A DNA stretch of 64,000 nucleotides from Octopus sinensis (GCF_006345805.1 NC_043000.1:62930001-62994000); one strand, 5' to 3'; shown: positions 39,658 to 53,484, counted from the stretch's first letter. Notes: generated by a model from the sequence alone, not told the origin. Made by a program: numbers and translations.

Positions 39658-42021
39658 GATTACACAGAGCTGAGATACAGAGGCAGTTTCATGCCATCTC
39701 TGGTGATACCAATAATCAATATCTCGCCACTATATACTAATGACCACATGGAAGCATAGTTCACTATAGCTAGGACCAAACTTAGACAGATTTTAGGATT
39801 ATACATTAAGAGACAGAGACAGAATAAGCCAGAGGCCCAACAACTCGGGATTAAACCTGCATGTGGCCTACATAAGCTCATTCAGCGCACGAGGAACGGA
39901 GAGGTGATATGCCTTCCCACAGATAAGTCCGGCAGGATGTCAATAGACAGCTTACCGAACTACATCCAGGCAATGCAACCTCATATCGCCAATACAAAAA
40001 TAACAACTTTACAGGCGCATGAGGAGAGAGAAAAGGTCCTCAACGCCCACATGATGATGTGGACAATTGTTCTGGGACCCCAGAAACGTACAGCAAATAA
40101 TTTCCAAGCCTGGAACAATAATATCCCGGCACTGTATGGACTTCGCAAGGACCATAAAGTTACCACTGACCCTATAGCACGACCACCAACAAGACCAGTC
40201 TGTGGAGCGAATATCGCTAGCAATTACAGAATCTCCTACTTCCTCTCAATGATCATACACCCTGTAATCCGGATGTCACCTGATGTTTGTGACAGCACAG
40301 AAGATCTCCTCAGCAGGATCAATGACTGTAACAACACTTGTGACCTGACAGGACGTATGGTGGGTAGCATGGATGTGGTATCCCTATACCCATCGATCGA
40401 CGTAGATTTTGCGGTGGAGAAGTGCGTGGAGATGATCAACGAGAGCTAGGTGGAGTTCCGTAATGTCAACACAGAGGAACTGGGCCTCCTACTTAGACTG
40501 ACATGTAATAATGAATACTTAGATAAACATAACCTTAGTAGTTTCTGCCCCAGTAGATGTTTAAGAGGTAGACCGCCCACAATTACTTCTATGGCTAGGA
40601 AGAGACATATAGAAAGATGGCGCGGATGGACCAGAGCCATACGGAGCCCCGCAAATGTCCATCAGGTAAAGAAACTGATCGGACATGCACTAGGAGCTAG
40701 TATAAGAGTTACCCTAAAAGGCCACACGTTTAAGTTTAATAATAAAATATATGCCCAGGACGAGTGGGCAGCCATCGGCGTTAGTATCGCTGGTGATGTG
40801 GCCAACCTTTTCATGGTATGGTGGGACAGAAGGCTTAAAGAACGCCTAACACAGAACTCCATACTCGTAAACATGTACTCTCGCTATGTTGATGATATCA
40901 ACATAGTGGTAAAGGCACCCCCACAAGAGAGTAATGTTGATATAGTAATAGAAACTAATACTATGGAGAGCATCCAGCAAATAGCTAACTCCATCCACCA
41001 GAGTATTAAGGTCACAATAGACTACCCCACTAAACACCCCAACCATAAACTACCAGTACTAGACACCGAACTCTGGCTAGAAATTGTGAATAATAAAACC
41101 CAAATCCTTCATTCATACTATGCCAAACCTATGGCCTCAAAATACTTGATCCGCCGGAACTCAGCCATTGCGGACAATGCCAAATTCAATATTTTGATGG
41201 CAGACCTCGTCAGAATAATGAGAAATGTGTCACACATGTGCGAGCCCACAGAGCTAAAGAGACACATACAATATTTCATTCACCGCATGCAGTTCTCAGG
41301 TTACAGCCATAAAGAAAGGATCAGAGTATATAAAGGAGCCATGAAGAAATTTGATAATATATTATGTAATGATAGGAATGGGATTTGCCCATTCTATAGG
41401 AACAAGTCATGGAACACTATAGAAAGGACAAAAAAGAAAATAGAGAAGGCCAACTCTTGGTATGATAGCCATAAATACCAGAGTGTCATGTTCGTTGACA
41501 CCACCCCTGGAGGTGAACTGGCGTACCGCTTTAGAAGGACCCTAGACAAACTTAAGCTAAGAATTAAGGTTGTTGAAAAGCCAGGCAACCCTATCAAATC
41601 TATAATTGGTAGAACCTATCCTTTTTGTAGAACGTCCTGTACGGATAAGTACTGTACTGTATGTAGATTTAGCCCACAAACAAACTGTAAAGCCAGAAAT
41701 GTAGTCTATAGTATAAGATGTATAGAGGGACGATGCAGTAACAAGACACCGACATACGTAGGGGAAACGGCAAGAAGCATAGGAGAGCGGTAAAATGAAC
41801 ATTGGAGACAACTCAAGGAAGGTAAAAGCTCATCGATTCTGTACCAACACGCCGAACAGGAACACGGGGGATCAATCAACAATATAGAAATTAGAATATT
41901 GTCCACACATAGAACAGATGCAACTATCAGACAAATTAGAGAAGCTACACACATAATAGAAAATAAACCTAGCCTGAATAGAAAACTAGAATGGAGCACT
42001 AGCACACACCACAACATATGA
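39658..42021 (+). pseudogene. Penelope-like element PLE3 ORF (RT + Cys-rich linker + GIY-YIG), single frame with 3 point stops
   Basis: PTDKSG, LYGLRKDHK, RPVCG, SMDVVSLYPSI, AIG, SRYVDDI, LPVLD, CKARNVVYSIRC, YVGETARS.GER and RQIREA...SLN. In-frame TAG 39757, TAG 40447 and TAA 41791, with terminal TGA 42019-21. Confidence 0.93.
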
Positions 42022-42473
42022 CGATAGAGGATCCCAAAAACATAATAAATACACAATAAATAAACAATAGAAATAAATAACTATATATATATATATATAA
42101 TATATATATATATATCTAATATATATATATATTATAATATATAGTATATATTATTTATTCGATTATTATTATTATTATTATTACTAGTATTGTTGTTATA
42201 CATACATACATACAAGCATATGTAATGATAATAATAAGTGGATGTAAACACATGAACAAATAAGAATAAACAAAAACAACAACAACAAAAAACACAATTA
42301 CATGAACATATATAAACAGAAGATACAAATATTACAGGCATCCCCCCACATACACACACTAAATAACATAGACGCACATAGAGATATAAGCATGCGCAAT
42401 GAAGACATACAATAGAAATACAAAATGGCTGACGGTTAGTAAGGAGAGACACAATAAGAAAGAAGAAAACAAA

Positions 42474-42518
42474 GGACCACTGATGCGGTCACAGGAGTGT
42501 GACGAAAGAACTCTGGCC
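42474..42518 (+). ncRNA. Minimal hammerhead-like motif downstream of PLE3 (A9C)
   Basis: GGACCA CTGATGC G GTCAC aggagt GTGAC GAA AGAACT C TGGCC. Sense to the ORF and about 450 nt after its stop. Confidence 0.6.
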
Positions 42519-42914
42519 GAAATAAGATTAAGATTAATGTAAAAAATAAATAACACTGAAGCAAAATAATACCAAATATATAGTGCGTGTGTTTTTATTG
42601 GCTAAACTGGCAAAATGACCATTCCGAAATATAACAATATATATATATACTCTTTTACTTACTTGTTTCACTCATTTGACTGTGGCCGTGCTGGAGCAAA
42701 TCGACCCCAGGACTTATTCATTGTAAGCCTACTACTTATTCTATCGGTCCTTTTGCCGAACCACTAAGTTAACACTTACCATCGGTTGTCAAGCGATGTT
42801 GGGGGAGGGGGACAAACACAGACACACATATATATACACACGCATACATATATATATTTATATAATATATATATATATTTAATATATATATATATATATA
42901 TATGATATATATAT

Positions 42915-43119
42915 ATATATTTTTACTTGTTTCAGTCATTTAAAACTGCGGCCATGCTGGAGCACCGCCTTTAACTCGACCCGGACTTATTCTTTTGTAA
43001 GCCCAGTACTTATTCTATCGGTCTCTTTTGCCGAACCGCTAAGTAACGGGGACATAAACACACCAGCATCGTTGTCAAGCAATGCTAGGGGGACAAACAC
43101 ACTCACACAAACACACACA

Positions 43120-43162
<43 letters not shown>

Positions 43163-43349
43163 ATATATATATATCTATATATATATATACGACAGGCTTC
43201 TTTCAGTTTCCGTCTACCAAATGCACTCACAAGGCTTTGGTCGGCCCGAGGCTATAGTAGAAGACACTTGCCCAAGATGCCACGCAGTGGGACTGAACCC
43301 GGAACCATGTGGTTGGTAAACAATCTACTTACCACACGCCACTCCTGCG

Positions 43350-43350
<1 letters not shown>
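42915..43350 (-). mobile_element. SINE family A, full length (an extra 3' half lies at 42650-42840)
   Basis: High similarity to the reverse complement of 25846-26286. Confidence 0.88.
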
Positions 43351-43394
<44 letters not shown>

Positions 43395-43453
43395 TATATG
43401 ATATATATATATATAACACACACACACACACATATATAGATATAATGATTCAA

Positions 43454-43500
<47 letters not shown>

Positions 43501-43599
43501 TACAATTAGTTGAACTGAGGTAGGAATAAAAGTAATAAAAGTCATTATTGTTAATTGTTAGAGACATTCAAAAGCACACCGGTTTCGTAAAATTTCTGA

Positions 43600-45100
43600 T
43601 CACTGCTTTGAATGCGCACCGATTACCGAACGGTGTCGGGTCTACTAGTCCCTGAGTAAAATGATTATGCGTAAGTGAGGTAAGTAGTTCTGGATTTGGT
43701 GCAGATCTGAAGCACCAGCGATGAAGAACGATGTCATCAAGAAGAAAAGAAGCAAAATCTTTGAAGAAATGGAAAATTTTCTTTCTCTTTGGATTGTTAG
43801 GTTGAATCGTCAGCGTGATGCTATTAGCCAAAAAATCCTTCAAGAGAAAGCGTTGTCTTTGTTTGAGGACCTGAAGAAAAAATATCCAGATGAGAAAGAT
43901 GTTGAGTTCAAGGCAAGTCAAGGATGGTTCGTTAGATTTAAGGAGCGAAGAAGTTATCACTCCATTAAGAAGCAAAGTGAAAGTACATCAGCTGACGAAC
44001 AAGCAGCATCGGAATTTCCTAATGCATTAAAGAAAATCATCGAAGAAAACGGATTTCTTCCCCAACAGATTTTCAATGTAGACGAAACTGAATTGTATTG
44101 GAAAAAATTTCCAAACCGTTCATTCAATTCCAAGGAAGAGGAAACTATTTCAGGCTACAAGGTCTCAAAAGAATGTGTGACCATTATGTTGCGAGCTAAT
44201 AGTGCAGGAGATTTTAAGTTAAAGCGATTGCTTGTGTATCATGCACACAAACCCCATACCCTGAAGAACATACCCAAGGCATCTCTCCCTGTTATATGGA
44301 TGGCTAATTCAAAAGTATGGGTTACTGTTGTTGTTTTTGAAGATTGTTTCTTCAATCATTTTAACTCAGCAGCAGGATAAGGAGAAGGCGATTCCTTTTA
44401 AGGTTTTATTTATCTTAGATAATGCTCCTGGCCACCCGCAAAACATTGTAGATTTTGACACCAACGTTACCGTCGTCCACCTCCCTCCGAACACCACGTC
44501 TCTTCTGCAACCAATGGATCAAGAAATAATTGCTATCTTCAAGCGCTACTATATGAAGCGAACGCTGCGGCAAGCAATAGCTGCAACTGATCTCGATGAG
44601 TCCATCACACTTCGTGACTTTTGGAAGAGATACGATATCTACAACGATGTAAAGAACATAGCAGCAGCATGGAATGATGTACAGAGCACGGCTATGAGTG
44701 GTGTATGGAAGAAGCTATGCCTGCAATTCATGAATGATTTTAAGCGGTTTGATAATGTTGCCAGCAACAAAACGTTGGTGACTACAAGCAAAGAACTGGA
44801 AATGGATTTGGAGAAGGTTGATTTCACAAATTTATTTGAAAAAGACAAACAGCCCCAGACGAACGAGGATTTAATAGAGCTTCACGGGCAGCAAAACAAA
44901 GAACACTTTACCATGAAGAAAATGCAGCAAGTATTTGCATATATCAAAAAATGTCTATCTTTGTACGAGGATATGGATCGAAATGCTCAACGCTTTTCCA
45001 AGACTATGGGGGCTTGTCACGAAGCTTTTGCTCCTTATGATATAATCCTTGAGGAAAAGAAGATAGTTCAAGGAACTCTCAATCGGTTTTTTTAAAACGC
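43600..45100 (+). pseudogene. Tigger/pogo-family transposase (CENP-B-type HTH + DDE_1), frameshifted
   Basis: EEMENFLSLWI...KALSLFEDL...FKASQGWFVRFK, QQIFNVDETELYWKK, LFILDNAPGHP and LPPNTTSLLQPMDQ. Frameshift near 44350-44380. TIRs not identified. Confidence 0.92.
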
Positions 45101-45774
45101 ATCGAACAAGAACGGCCAAATGCAGCTGTTGATGTTGACGATCCATAGCTATCTACATCCGCGAATAAACTACCAAATTGCATGTACGTATAGGTAAATA
45201 TAAAATAATTTAGTCTTTGTTTTACTATTGCTAAATAATAACACTTAATGAATTTGTTTTTTAAGCTTAAAAAGGGCTTTTGTTTTACCATGTCTTATTG
45301 CAAACCGCATTCATAATTAAAGCATCCACGGTGTACGGTAAACACCGCAAATTTTTTTTACTGTACTGTATTAAAAAATAAAAATTATTTGTTTTTAAGC
45401 TTAAAATAGGTTTTTATTAATAATGTATTATTGAAAATGCCTTCATAAATAAAGTACAGAACTGGGAATGGTTATTATCGGTTTAGCCTAGAGACAAGTA
45501 AGTTAGACTTAAGTCGCATCTCCTGGAACCAATTAATGACGTAGGGTGAGGTATGCTTATATATATATATAGAGAGAGAGAGAGGGGGGGGCAGATAGAT
45601 ACATCTAAATGTATACGTTTATGTATACATCTAAATGTATACATATAGATACACGGGCACGCGCATACACATGTAAGGCAATGAATAAAATAAGAAAACA
45701 CAAGAGTGACAAGTTTTAACAAATTTTGTATCAGGTATATATATATATATATATATATATGTCTGTGTGTATAT

Positions 45775-45809
<35 letters not shown>

Positions 45810-45939
45810 TTGTGTGTGTGGTTGTGTGTCTGTGTGCTTGCGTGTGTGTGTGCGTGCATTTATGCACATATGCATGTATGACAATCACAACTTGTCAATC
45901 TCCGACAATACGAAGTCGAATAAGTTGATAAGTTTACAT

Positions 45940-46500
45940 ATCTGGAAGGCTGTGTTTAGAACGAGTTTGATGCAAAAGTTGAAGTCAAGATCAGTATAGA
46001 TAAATCAATGTCAGTATTCCAGCACCTTCGTATAATAAGATAAAGATAAAGCAAGAAGATAAAGCTGCAGCTATGCTCAGCTATTATTATATCAACAGGC
46101 ACCGATGCCTGTAAAACCTGGAAGAAGAGAGTAAAAATCTCTCTGTTGCTGGACATGTTCCATCACAGCTACCTACGTTTAACCTTGGGCATCTTCTATC
46201 GGGACAGAGCATGAGAATTTTGCTGGACGTAGTGACTAAGCGGCGGATGCATTATACTGGCCTTATACTTAGATTATTGCAGGAGTGATATGTTACTATC
46301 GTGGTGGATTAGTCGCTGGAAATAAGAAATAAGTTCGAGTGGAGGACCAAGGAAGACGTGGTGCAATACGTTCTTGGACGACATGATAATGATAGGAGTC
46401 GGCCCGTGTGGAGCTAAGCGGGAAACGTGCAATCATGATGTTTGGAGAAACATCGTTGCCCGTTCAGCTGACAACACTGGGGAATCTAAGAACTAAGAGA
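45940..46500 (+). mobile_element. Decayed RTE LINE 3' end
   Basis: EVKISIDKSMSVFQHL, VTKRRMHYTGLILR and GPRKTW...DVWRNIVA across frameshifts. Confidence 0.7.
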
Positions 46501-46539
46501 AAGATGTATGTATATGCTTGCTTTCTCTTTTTAATTTAG

Positions 46540-46800
46540 AGTAAATTTTGGCCAGCCATCTATTTGGTAGCAAGGTTGCGAAACGAAGTACTTTCTTTTA
46601 ACATTATCTTTTAAATCTTAAGAAGGTCGTGAAGATTTTTATAGTCCCTGGTATCGTGATCATTTCTAGAGAATGAATTTGCATTCTCTCCCCCAAAACC
46701 AAGTTCAGCCATACTTTGCTCCAGACGGGTTGGTATGTATCCTGTTGCTTCAATAATGATAGATATGAATCTAATAGTGTATCTTGGGTACTGGATTTAC
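46540..46800 (-). repeat. Dispersed repeat homologous to 31790-32030
   Basis: Shared AAGTTCAGCCATACTTTG(T/C)TCCAGACGGGTTGGTATGTATCCTGTTG block and flanking similarity. Confidence 0.7.
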
Positions 46801-47088
46801 AAACTGTTTATTATGATCTCGTCTTTCTTTTGTATTATTCTAACTACAATCGTGTCCAGAGGAAGGCTGATTTCCACAACAGAAAGTAATCTTATCCTTG
46901 CGGCCCTCATTGTGTTTTAACCTAGCGGCTCTTTTACTTCTTCAGTTTCACAAGTATGTATATACGTATGTATGTATATATGTACGAACGTACGTATGCA
47001 TGTATGTATGTATGTATGTATGTATGTATGTATGTATGTATGTATGTATGTATGTATGTATGTATGTATGTCTACATATATATATATT

Positions 47089-47121
<33 letters not shown>

Positions 47122-47139
47122 ATCTATGTATGTATATAT

Positions 47140-47344
47140 TATTTTACTTGTTTCAGTCATTTGACTGCGGCCAGGCTGGAGCACCGCCTTTAATCGAACA
47201 AATTGACCCCAGGACTTATTCTTTGTTAGCCTAGTACTTATTCTATCGGTCTCTTTTGCCGAACCGCTAAGTTACGGGGAGGTAAACACACCAGCATCGG
47301 TTGTCAAGCGATGTTGGGGGGACAAACACACACACACACACACG

Positions 47345-47421
<77 letters not shown>

Positions 47422-47607
47422 TATTTTATAGAAGGAGCTTCTACAGGACTAGAACTGTTTCATTCAATTGAAATCATCAGGAAGCTCATTTTCATTTGAA
47501 TGAAACAGTTCTAGTCCTGTAGAAGCTCTTCTATAAAATATATTAATTTACTCTGCTATGTATTGAGTACCTTATTTACTGTGGTTAACCCCGACTCAAC
47601 CCGGACC

Positions 47608-47654
<47 letters not shown>

Positions 47655-47800
47655 TAGATATATATACGACGGGCTTCTTTCAGTTTCCGTCTACCAAATC
47701 CACTCACAAGGCTTTGGTCGGCCCGAGGCTATAGTAAAAGACACTTGCCCAAAGTGCCATGCAGTGGGACTGAACCCGGAACCATGTGGTTGGTAAGCAG
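47140..47800 (-). mobile_element. SINE family A split by an insertion in its internal microsatellite
   Basis: 3' half at 47140-47345 and 5' half at 47660-47800. The hairpin/hammerhead segment lies between them. Confidence 0.8.
47435..47487 (-). ncRNA. Type I hammerhead with canonical core, inside a 120-bp inverted repeat (47422-47540)
   Basis: Minus strand: GAGCTTC CTGATGA T TTC aatt GAA T GAA ACAG ttctagtc CTGT A GAAGCTC. 7-bp stem I, 4-bp stem III, GUA site, weak stem II with U.U at 10.1/11.1. Confidence 0.7.
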
Positions 47801-47818
47801 TGTGTGTGTGTGTGTGTG

Positions 47819-49071
47819 TGAGGGTGGACTGAAAAGTTCATATGCTTACTATGAAGGAATAATGGTTGAGCTGTGAAATCTTGCATGCATTCATTTCATC
47901 TCTTTAGCTGCATTGTTTCTGAACTGAGATTTGGCTGTTCAAAGAAGACGTCAGCAGTAACTAGTAGCGACTTCTCTTGTAAATGGACAAAATTTGGCAT
48001 CGTGGTGTTGTCAAGTATCGGCAGAAAATGGATTTAGCCCCACCACACACACACACACATTTTTGCTGTCATGATTGCTACATTAGGGGATGACGCTCCA
48101 ACTTTATCAACAGTGCAAAAGTGGGCAAATGAATTTAGGAGGAGAACAGAGAGTCTTGAAGATGACCCAAGGTCTAGATGTCCTGCAGCTGCCGCCACCA
48201 ATGAAAGCATTAATCGCGTTCACCACATAGCTATGGTTGACAGATGATTGACTATAAACCAAACATCAGTGCTATTAGCATATCCCGTGAGAAAGTTGAG
48301 AATATTCTGCACAATGAATTTAGCATGACGAACGTTTCTGTTTCAAAAGCGCACCGAACTGATTACATCACGGGAATATCTGACATTGTTTCAAGCAGAT
48401 CCAGGTGGTTTGCTGAACGTTTCTTTAGCTAAGATGAGTTCTGGGTTGATCACTTTGAGCCAGAGACAAAGAGACAATTCATGCAGTGGTAACAGCCCCC
48501 TCACCTGTTCCAAAGAAAGCCAATGTCGTTTCATTTGCATGGAAGGTGATGGTCTCAGTTTTTGAGATGCAAAAGGCATTGTGTTTATTGACTATTTTCA
48601 AAAAGGCCACACTATTATTCGAGAGAACTATGCCAACTTGCTTAGGCAGTTATGAAAGGCTACCAGACCAAACGCTCAAGAGAACTGACGACATGAGTCT
48701 TATTTCATCTGGAAAATGCTCCAGCACACAAGTCCTTCGCTTCAGTAGCTGCTGTGCGTAACTGTGGCCCTGAATTGGTTGATCACCCTCCCTATTCTCC
48801 TGATTTGGCTCCATCTCACCATCATCCGTTTTCCATGACAAAAAACAATTGCTGGGAACCAGTATCGTAGTTACGATGATGATATATCTGCTGGTGGTGA
48901 CATTTTTGGCCAACAGGATGAAAGCTTCTTCGCCAATAGGATCCAAGCATTGCAACACAAACGAAAGAAGTGTGTGGACCGCAAGGGGGACTATGTTGAA
49001 AAATAAGCCTCATTTAGTCACGTTCCATGAGAGTATCTTAGTCAGCCTATGAACTTTTCAGCCGACCTTCG
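47819..49071 (+). mobile_element. Full-length but inactivated mariner element
   Basis: TIRs (t/c)GAGGGTGGACTGAAAAGTTCATATGCTTACT / AGTCAGCCTATGAACTTTTCAGCCGACCTTCG-TA. Relic ORF 47983-49006 with STVQKW, SLEDDPRS, DEFWVDHFEPETK, FHLENAPAH, PPYSPDLAPS and GDYVEK*. Multiple frameshifts. Confidence 0.93.
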
Positions 49072-49146
49072 TATGTATGTATCTCGTATTTATGTATATA
49101 CACACACAAATATATACATACATACATACATACATACATACATACA

Positions 49147-49178
<32 letters not shown>

Positions 49179-49226
49179 CATACGTACATACATACATACA
49201 TACATACATACATCATCATACATACA

Positions 49227-49260
<34 letters not shown>

Positions 49261-49866
49261 CATACATACATACATACATACATACATACAGAGCCGACAG
49301 ACGAGATCCAGAAATTCTTAATGTAGAAAACACTCAGTAGCGCTCAAATGGTTTGAACTTACACTCCGAACGCTTTATCGAGGGCCAAGTCTGCGGGGTA
49401 AAAAAGTGCCTTCAAGAGAAATCCAGGTGAGCAGATATGGAGACAGATTTGTGCTCAGATTTTTTATCTCTCTGCCCTGAAGACGGAGGTCGGATCTATC
49501 CCATGTTTATTTGGTTCCATTTCTGGTTGCATATTCTAGTGAACTACATCTGCCATGATTGTGAATTAACTTGGATCTCCCAGAAACAGTTGTGGGACTT
49601 GTAACACCATATCTTCTCCCGTTTAATTCTCTGTTTATTTGTGCTCTGTGTAAGATTGTTCTGTTAATTTATATATATATATATATATATATTTAAGTAT
49701 ATCATTATAAATATATAATTATAATTAAGAGCACCTGAGGGACAATACCAATACGCTAGAAGTAGATGTCAAATGTCTACAAACCACTCTAAATTTGTTC
49801 TCTTTCTTTGCACAAGGCTAAATGCTAGGAAATGGACGAAAAGATTCATAAAATTTCCGACAATTC

Positions 49867-49966
49867 NNNNNNNNNNNNNNNNNNNNNNNNNNNNNNNNNN
49901 NNNNNNNNNNNNNNNNNNNNNNNNNNNNNNNNNNNNNNNNNNNNNNNNNNNNNNNNNNNNNNNNNN
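49867..49966. other. Assembly gap (100 N)
   Basis: Run of exactly 100 N, probably a placeholder size. Confidence 0.99.
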
Positions 49967-50294
49967 AGAAAGAGAGAGAGAGAGGAGGAGAGGAGGAGGG
50001 AAAAAAAAGAGAGATTTATCTGCTACTTCTACCAGATCAAACGACCACGTGGATATTGTTTCGTCTGTTTAGGAGCACTTCGTTTTCAAACAAAGCGGCG
50101 TTAAATGTTAATTATAGTTAGAGTAATTATAGAGCACGCGGAAATAGGATGGAGAAAAGAAAAGCAGTGAGTTATTTATTTATTTATATGTTTGGTTTAG
50201 TGAGAGGAAGATGAGTTGTGACTATAACCTTTTGCAGAGTATATATTAGCAACAGAGACAGTATTAATACCGATGAGGTAAAATTTATCTAGGC

Positions 50295-51010
50295 ACAGAT
50301 GTGGCAGTGTGGTAAGAAGCTCGCTTCCCAACCACATGGTGGTACCTTGGGCAAGTGTCTTCTACTATGGCTTCGGACCGACCAAAGTCTTGTGAGTGGA
50401 TTTGGTGTGGATATGTGTGTGTATATATCTATGTGTGTGTCTTGTGTTTGTCTTTGTCACCCCTCCTCACCGCTGTTTTAGTGTTTTTGCTCAAAAGGAT
50501 TTGAGCTTAAACTCCAAATTTTTCGTCCAGGACAAGGTGTCGTATCATTAAGAGTGACTGTAAGTGAAATTCAAACCGAGCTGATATGGAAGTCGTAATG
50601 GAAATATACACAGTTAGTCTTCATATAAATATATTTACATGGAGCACAAAAAAAGAATATAAAATAAAACATGAGGAAAATATGTAACTTCCTAACTCGA
50701 CTGCTGTTTCAGGAAGCTCAGGATTGTGTAATAATGATAATAATCATAATTTTCAGAGAAAATAAATGTACAAAAAGTCATGGATATGTAACCGGTAAGC
50801 AGTCATGTGACTTGTGCCTGCGTTTGTTCCCATCTCCACCGCTGGCCAACCGGTGTTGGCTTGTTTACGACCCTGTAAATTAATGGTTTGGCAAAAGACA
50901 CTGATGGAATAAATATCAGACTAAAGAAGTAAGTACTTGGATCGACTTTTTCGAGTAAAACACTCCAGAACGATGCCACAACATGGCCGCAGTCCATGAC
51001 AAGTAAAAGA
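50295..51010 (+). mobile_element. SINE family A pieces (5' half 50295-50470, 3' half 50780-51010)
   Basis: Both halves match family A and are separated by unrelated sequence. Confidence 0.6.
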
Positions 51011-51224
51011 TAAAATGTGTATGTGTGTGTATGTGAGTCGATTTGAAAGGTTTTCGTCGAACAAATCGACTCAGGACGTAATTTTTAAAGAGCCTAGTAT
51101 TTATTCTATCGCCCTGTTTTGCCGAACCGCTGTGTTACGGAGATTTAAACACACCAGCACTGGTTGTCAAGCGGTGATGAGGGAACAAACACGAACACAA
51201 AGATATACTCACAGATATATATAT

Positions 51225-51450
51225 ATTTCTTTATTGCCCACAAGGGGCTTAACATAGAGGGGACAAATAAAGACAGACAAAGGGATTAAGTCGATTGCAT
51301 CGACCCAGTGCGTAACTGCTACTTTATTTATCGACCCCGAAAGGATGAAAGGCAAAGTCGACCTCGGCGGGATTTGAACTTAAACGTAACGACAGACGAA
51401 ATACCGTTTAGCATTTCGGCCGGCGCGGTATACGTTTCTGCCAGCTGTAG
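51225..51450 (-). mobile_element. SINE family B
   Basis: Colinear with 5069-5285. Confidence 0.8.
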
Positions 51451-51469
51451 CCTTCAACTCACAGATATA

Positions 51470-51497
51470 TATATATATAGTATATCCATATATATAC

Positions 51498-51531
<34 letters not shown>

Positions 51532-51533
51532 AC

Positions 51534-51572
<39 letters not shown>

Positions 51573-51753
51573 TATATATATATATATATATCCATATATA
51601 TACATATATATATATATAATATATATATAATATATATATATCCCATATATTATATATAGTACATATATATATAATATATATATAATATATAAGGTATATA
51701 TACATATATATAATATTATATATATTATATATATATAAATGTATATATATATG

Positions 51754-51797
<44 letters not shown>

Positions 51798-51895
51798 ATA
51801 TATATATATATATGTATATGTATATGTTATATATATATATATATATATATCTTATATATAAAAGTCGATTTATATTATATATATATATATATCTT
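51470..51895. repeat. Long imperfect (TA)n array
   Basis: Direct inspection. Confidence 0.95.
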
Positions 51896-52854
51896 ATACT
51901 GACGTGCCAAAATTTGAAATCAATATTTTAGGTTTAACAATAAAATATCTTCTTTCGGACGTTTAATTGGATTCAAGCTGCTACTTCGTAGCAACAATCC
52001 TTCATTACGTAGTTGAAGAGACATTTTTCGTAGACATACCGTCTCTATTGTTTGCCAGTTTGGACGATTCTCTTAATGATGGTTGTGATTGACAAAATCC
52101 GTAGAGTGGTAAAATATATATACGTGATTTAATCATATCTCTTTCCGTTCTGATAAAGCAGTGACTTCGTAGTTAGATTGCGCTTTTGATTCCTGGCCCA
52201 GGAGGCGCGTTTTATCTCTTGACAAGATGCTTTATGTTGTTCTAGTCCACATAGTTATCAAAAATGATTATTAAGACTGACAGAAAGCCTGGTCGGTGCC
52301 AGGTTATTGCGGCAGTATCAACGAGTCAGTGGTACAACACCAAACTTTCAGGCATGTGGCGGGATATTCCAGCAGTTACGTTTTTTTACCCTTTACCTCT
52401 ACATTCTGAGTTCAATTCCCGCGGGGACATATTTAACCTTTCGTTACACCAGTTAAATACTTAATTCGATCTAATATTTTGATGAAGCAACTTAAATGAA
52501 TGAAATTATGCTAAAAGACTAAGATTAACTTTCATGGTCAATAAAATAATTGATAGCCAAGTACTGAGGAAAATGCAATCAAATTTACTCAGCTCAGCCC
52601 CAAATCAACAGTCTTGCGCCAATGCTAAAAAATCAATATAGTTTATTCCCATATTAATGTCTAGGTAATTATCTTTAATCCATCAAAACGATATAAATAG
52701 CATTTCTAAAATAAGAAATGCTAACTAGTTTATCTTTTAAATCCAGTTCGCTAGATTGATCTGATAATCATGCATACGTTATTTTTTATTTTTTCATTCC
52801 TTTCTTTTTTTTATATAGTCTTCCATTATTTATTGTCACTATTTTGTTTAAGGC

Positions 52855-53390
52855 GCCTAGCTGGCCACACTGTATGTACGTCGGGAAAATATTTAAGCGG
52901 TATTTCGTCCGTCTTTACTTTCTGAGTTCAAATTCCGCCGAGGTCGACTTTGCTTTTCATCCTTTTCGGGGTCGATAAAATGAGAAGTCAAAAACTGTTG
53001 ACCCTGTGCCAAAATTTGAAACTATTTATTATTTTCATTTTCGTGATATCCTCATATGAAGTACGGTTCTATAATCCACTACTAATGAGCCAGTTCAGCA
53101 TATGTGTGCGTGTGTGTGTGTGCGTACGTGTGTCTATGTATATATAAATATATATATTTATTTCTTTAATACTCACAAGAGGCTAAACACAGAGAGGACA
53201 AACAAGGACAGACAAACGGATGAAGTCGATTATATCGACTCCAGTGCGTAACTGGTACTTATTTAATCGACCCCGAAAGGATGAAAGGCAAAGTCGACCT
53301 CGGCGGAATTTGAACTCAGAACGTAGCGGCAGACGAAATACCACTAAGCATCTCGCCCGGCGTGCTAACGATTCTATCAGCTCACCGCCC
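52855..53390. mobile_element. Two SINE family B copies in opposite orientation (52855-53020 +, 53160-53390 -)
   Basis: GAGTTCAAATTCCGCCGAGGTCGACTTTGC and its reverse complement. Confidence 0.8.
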
Positions 53391-53401
53391 TAGTATTTAA
53401 A

Positions 53402-53478
<77 letters not shown>

Positions 53479-53484
53479 ACACAC

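Noticed and set aside
39757-41793. In-frame stops in PLE3 as selenocysteine or readthrough codons
   Set aside because: The stops are TAG, TAG and TAA rather than TGA, so ordinary nonsense mutations are the simpler explanation.
49474-49500. GCC-CTGAAGA-CGGAGG, the 5' half of a PLE-type hammerhead
   Set aside because: No matching CCTCC-GAAA follows; truncated at best.
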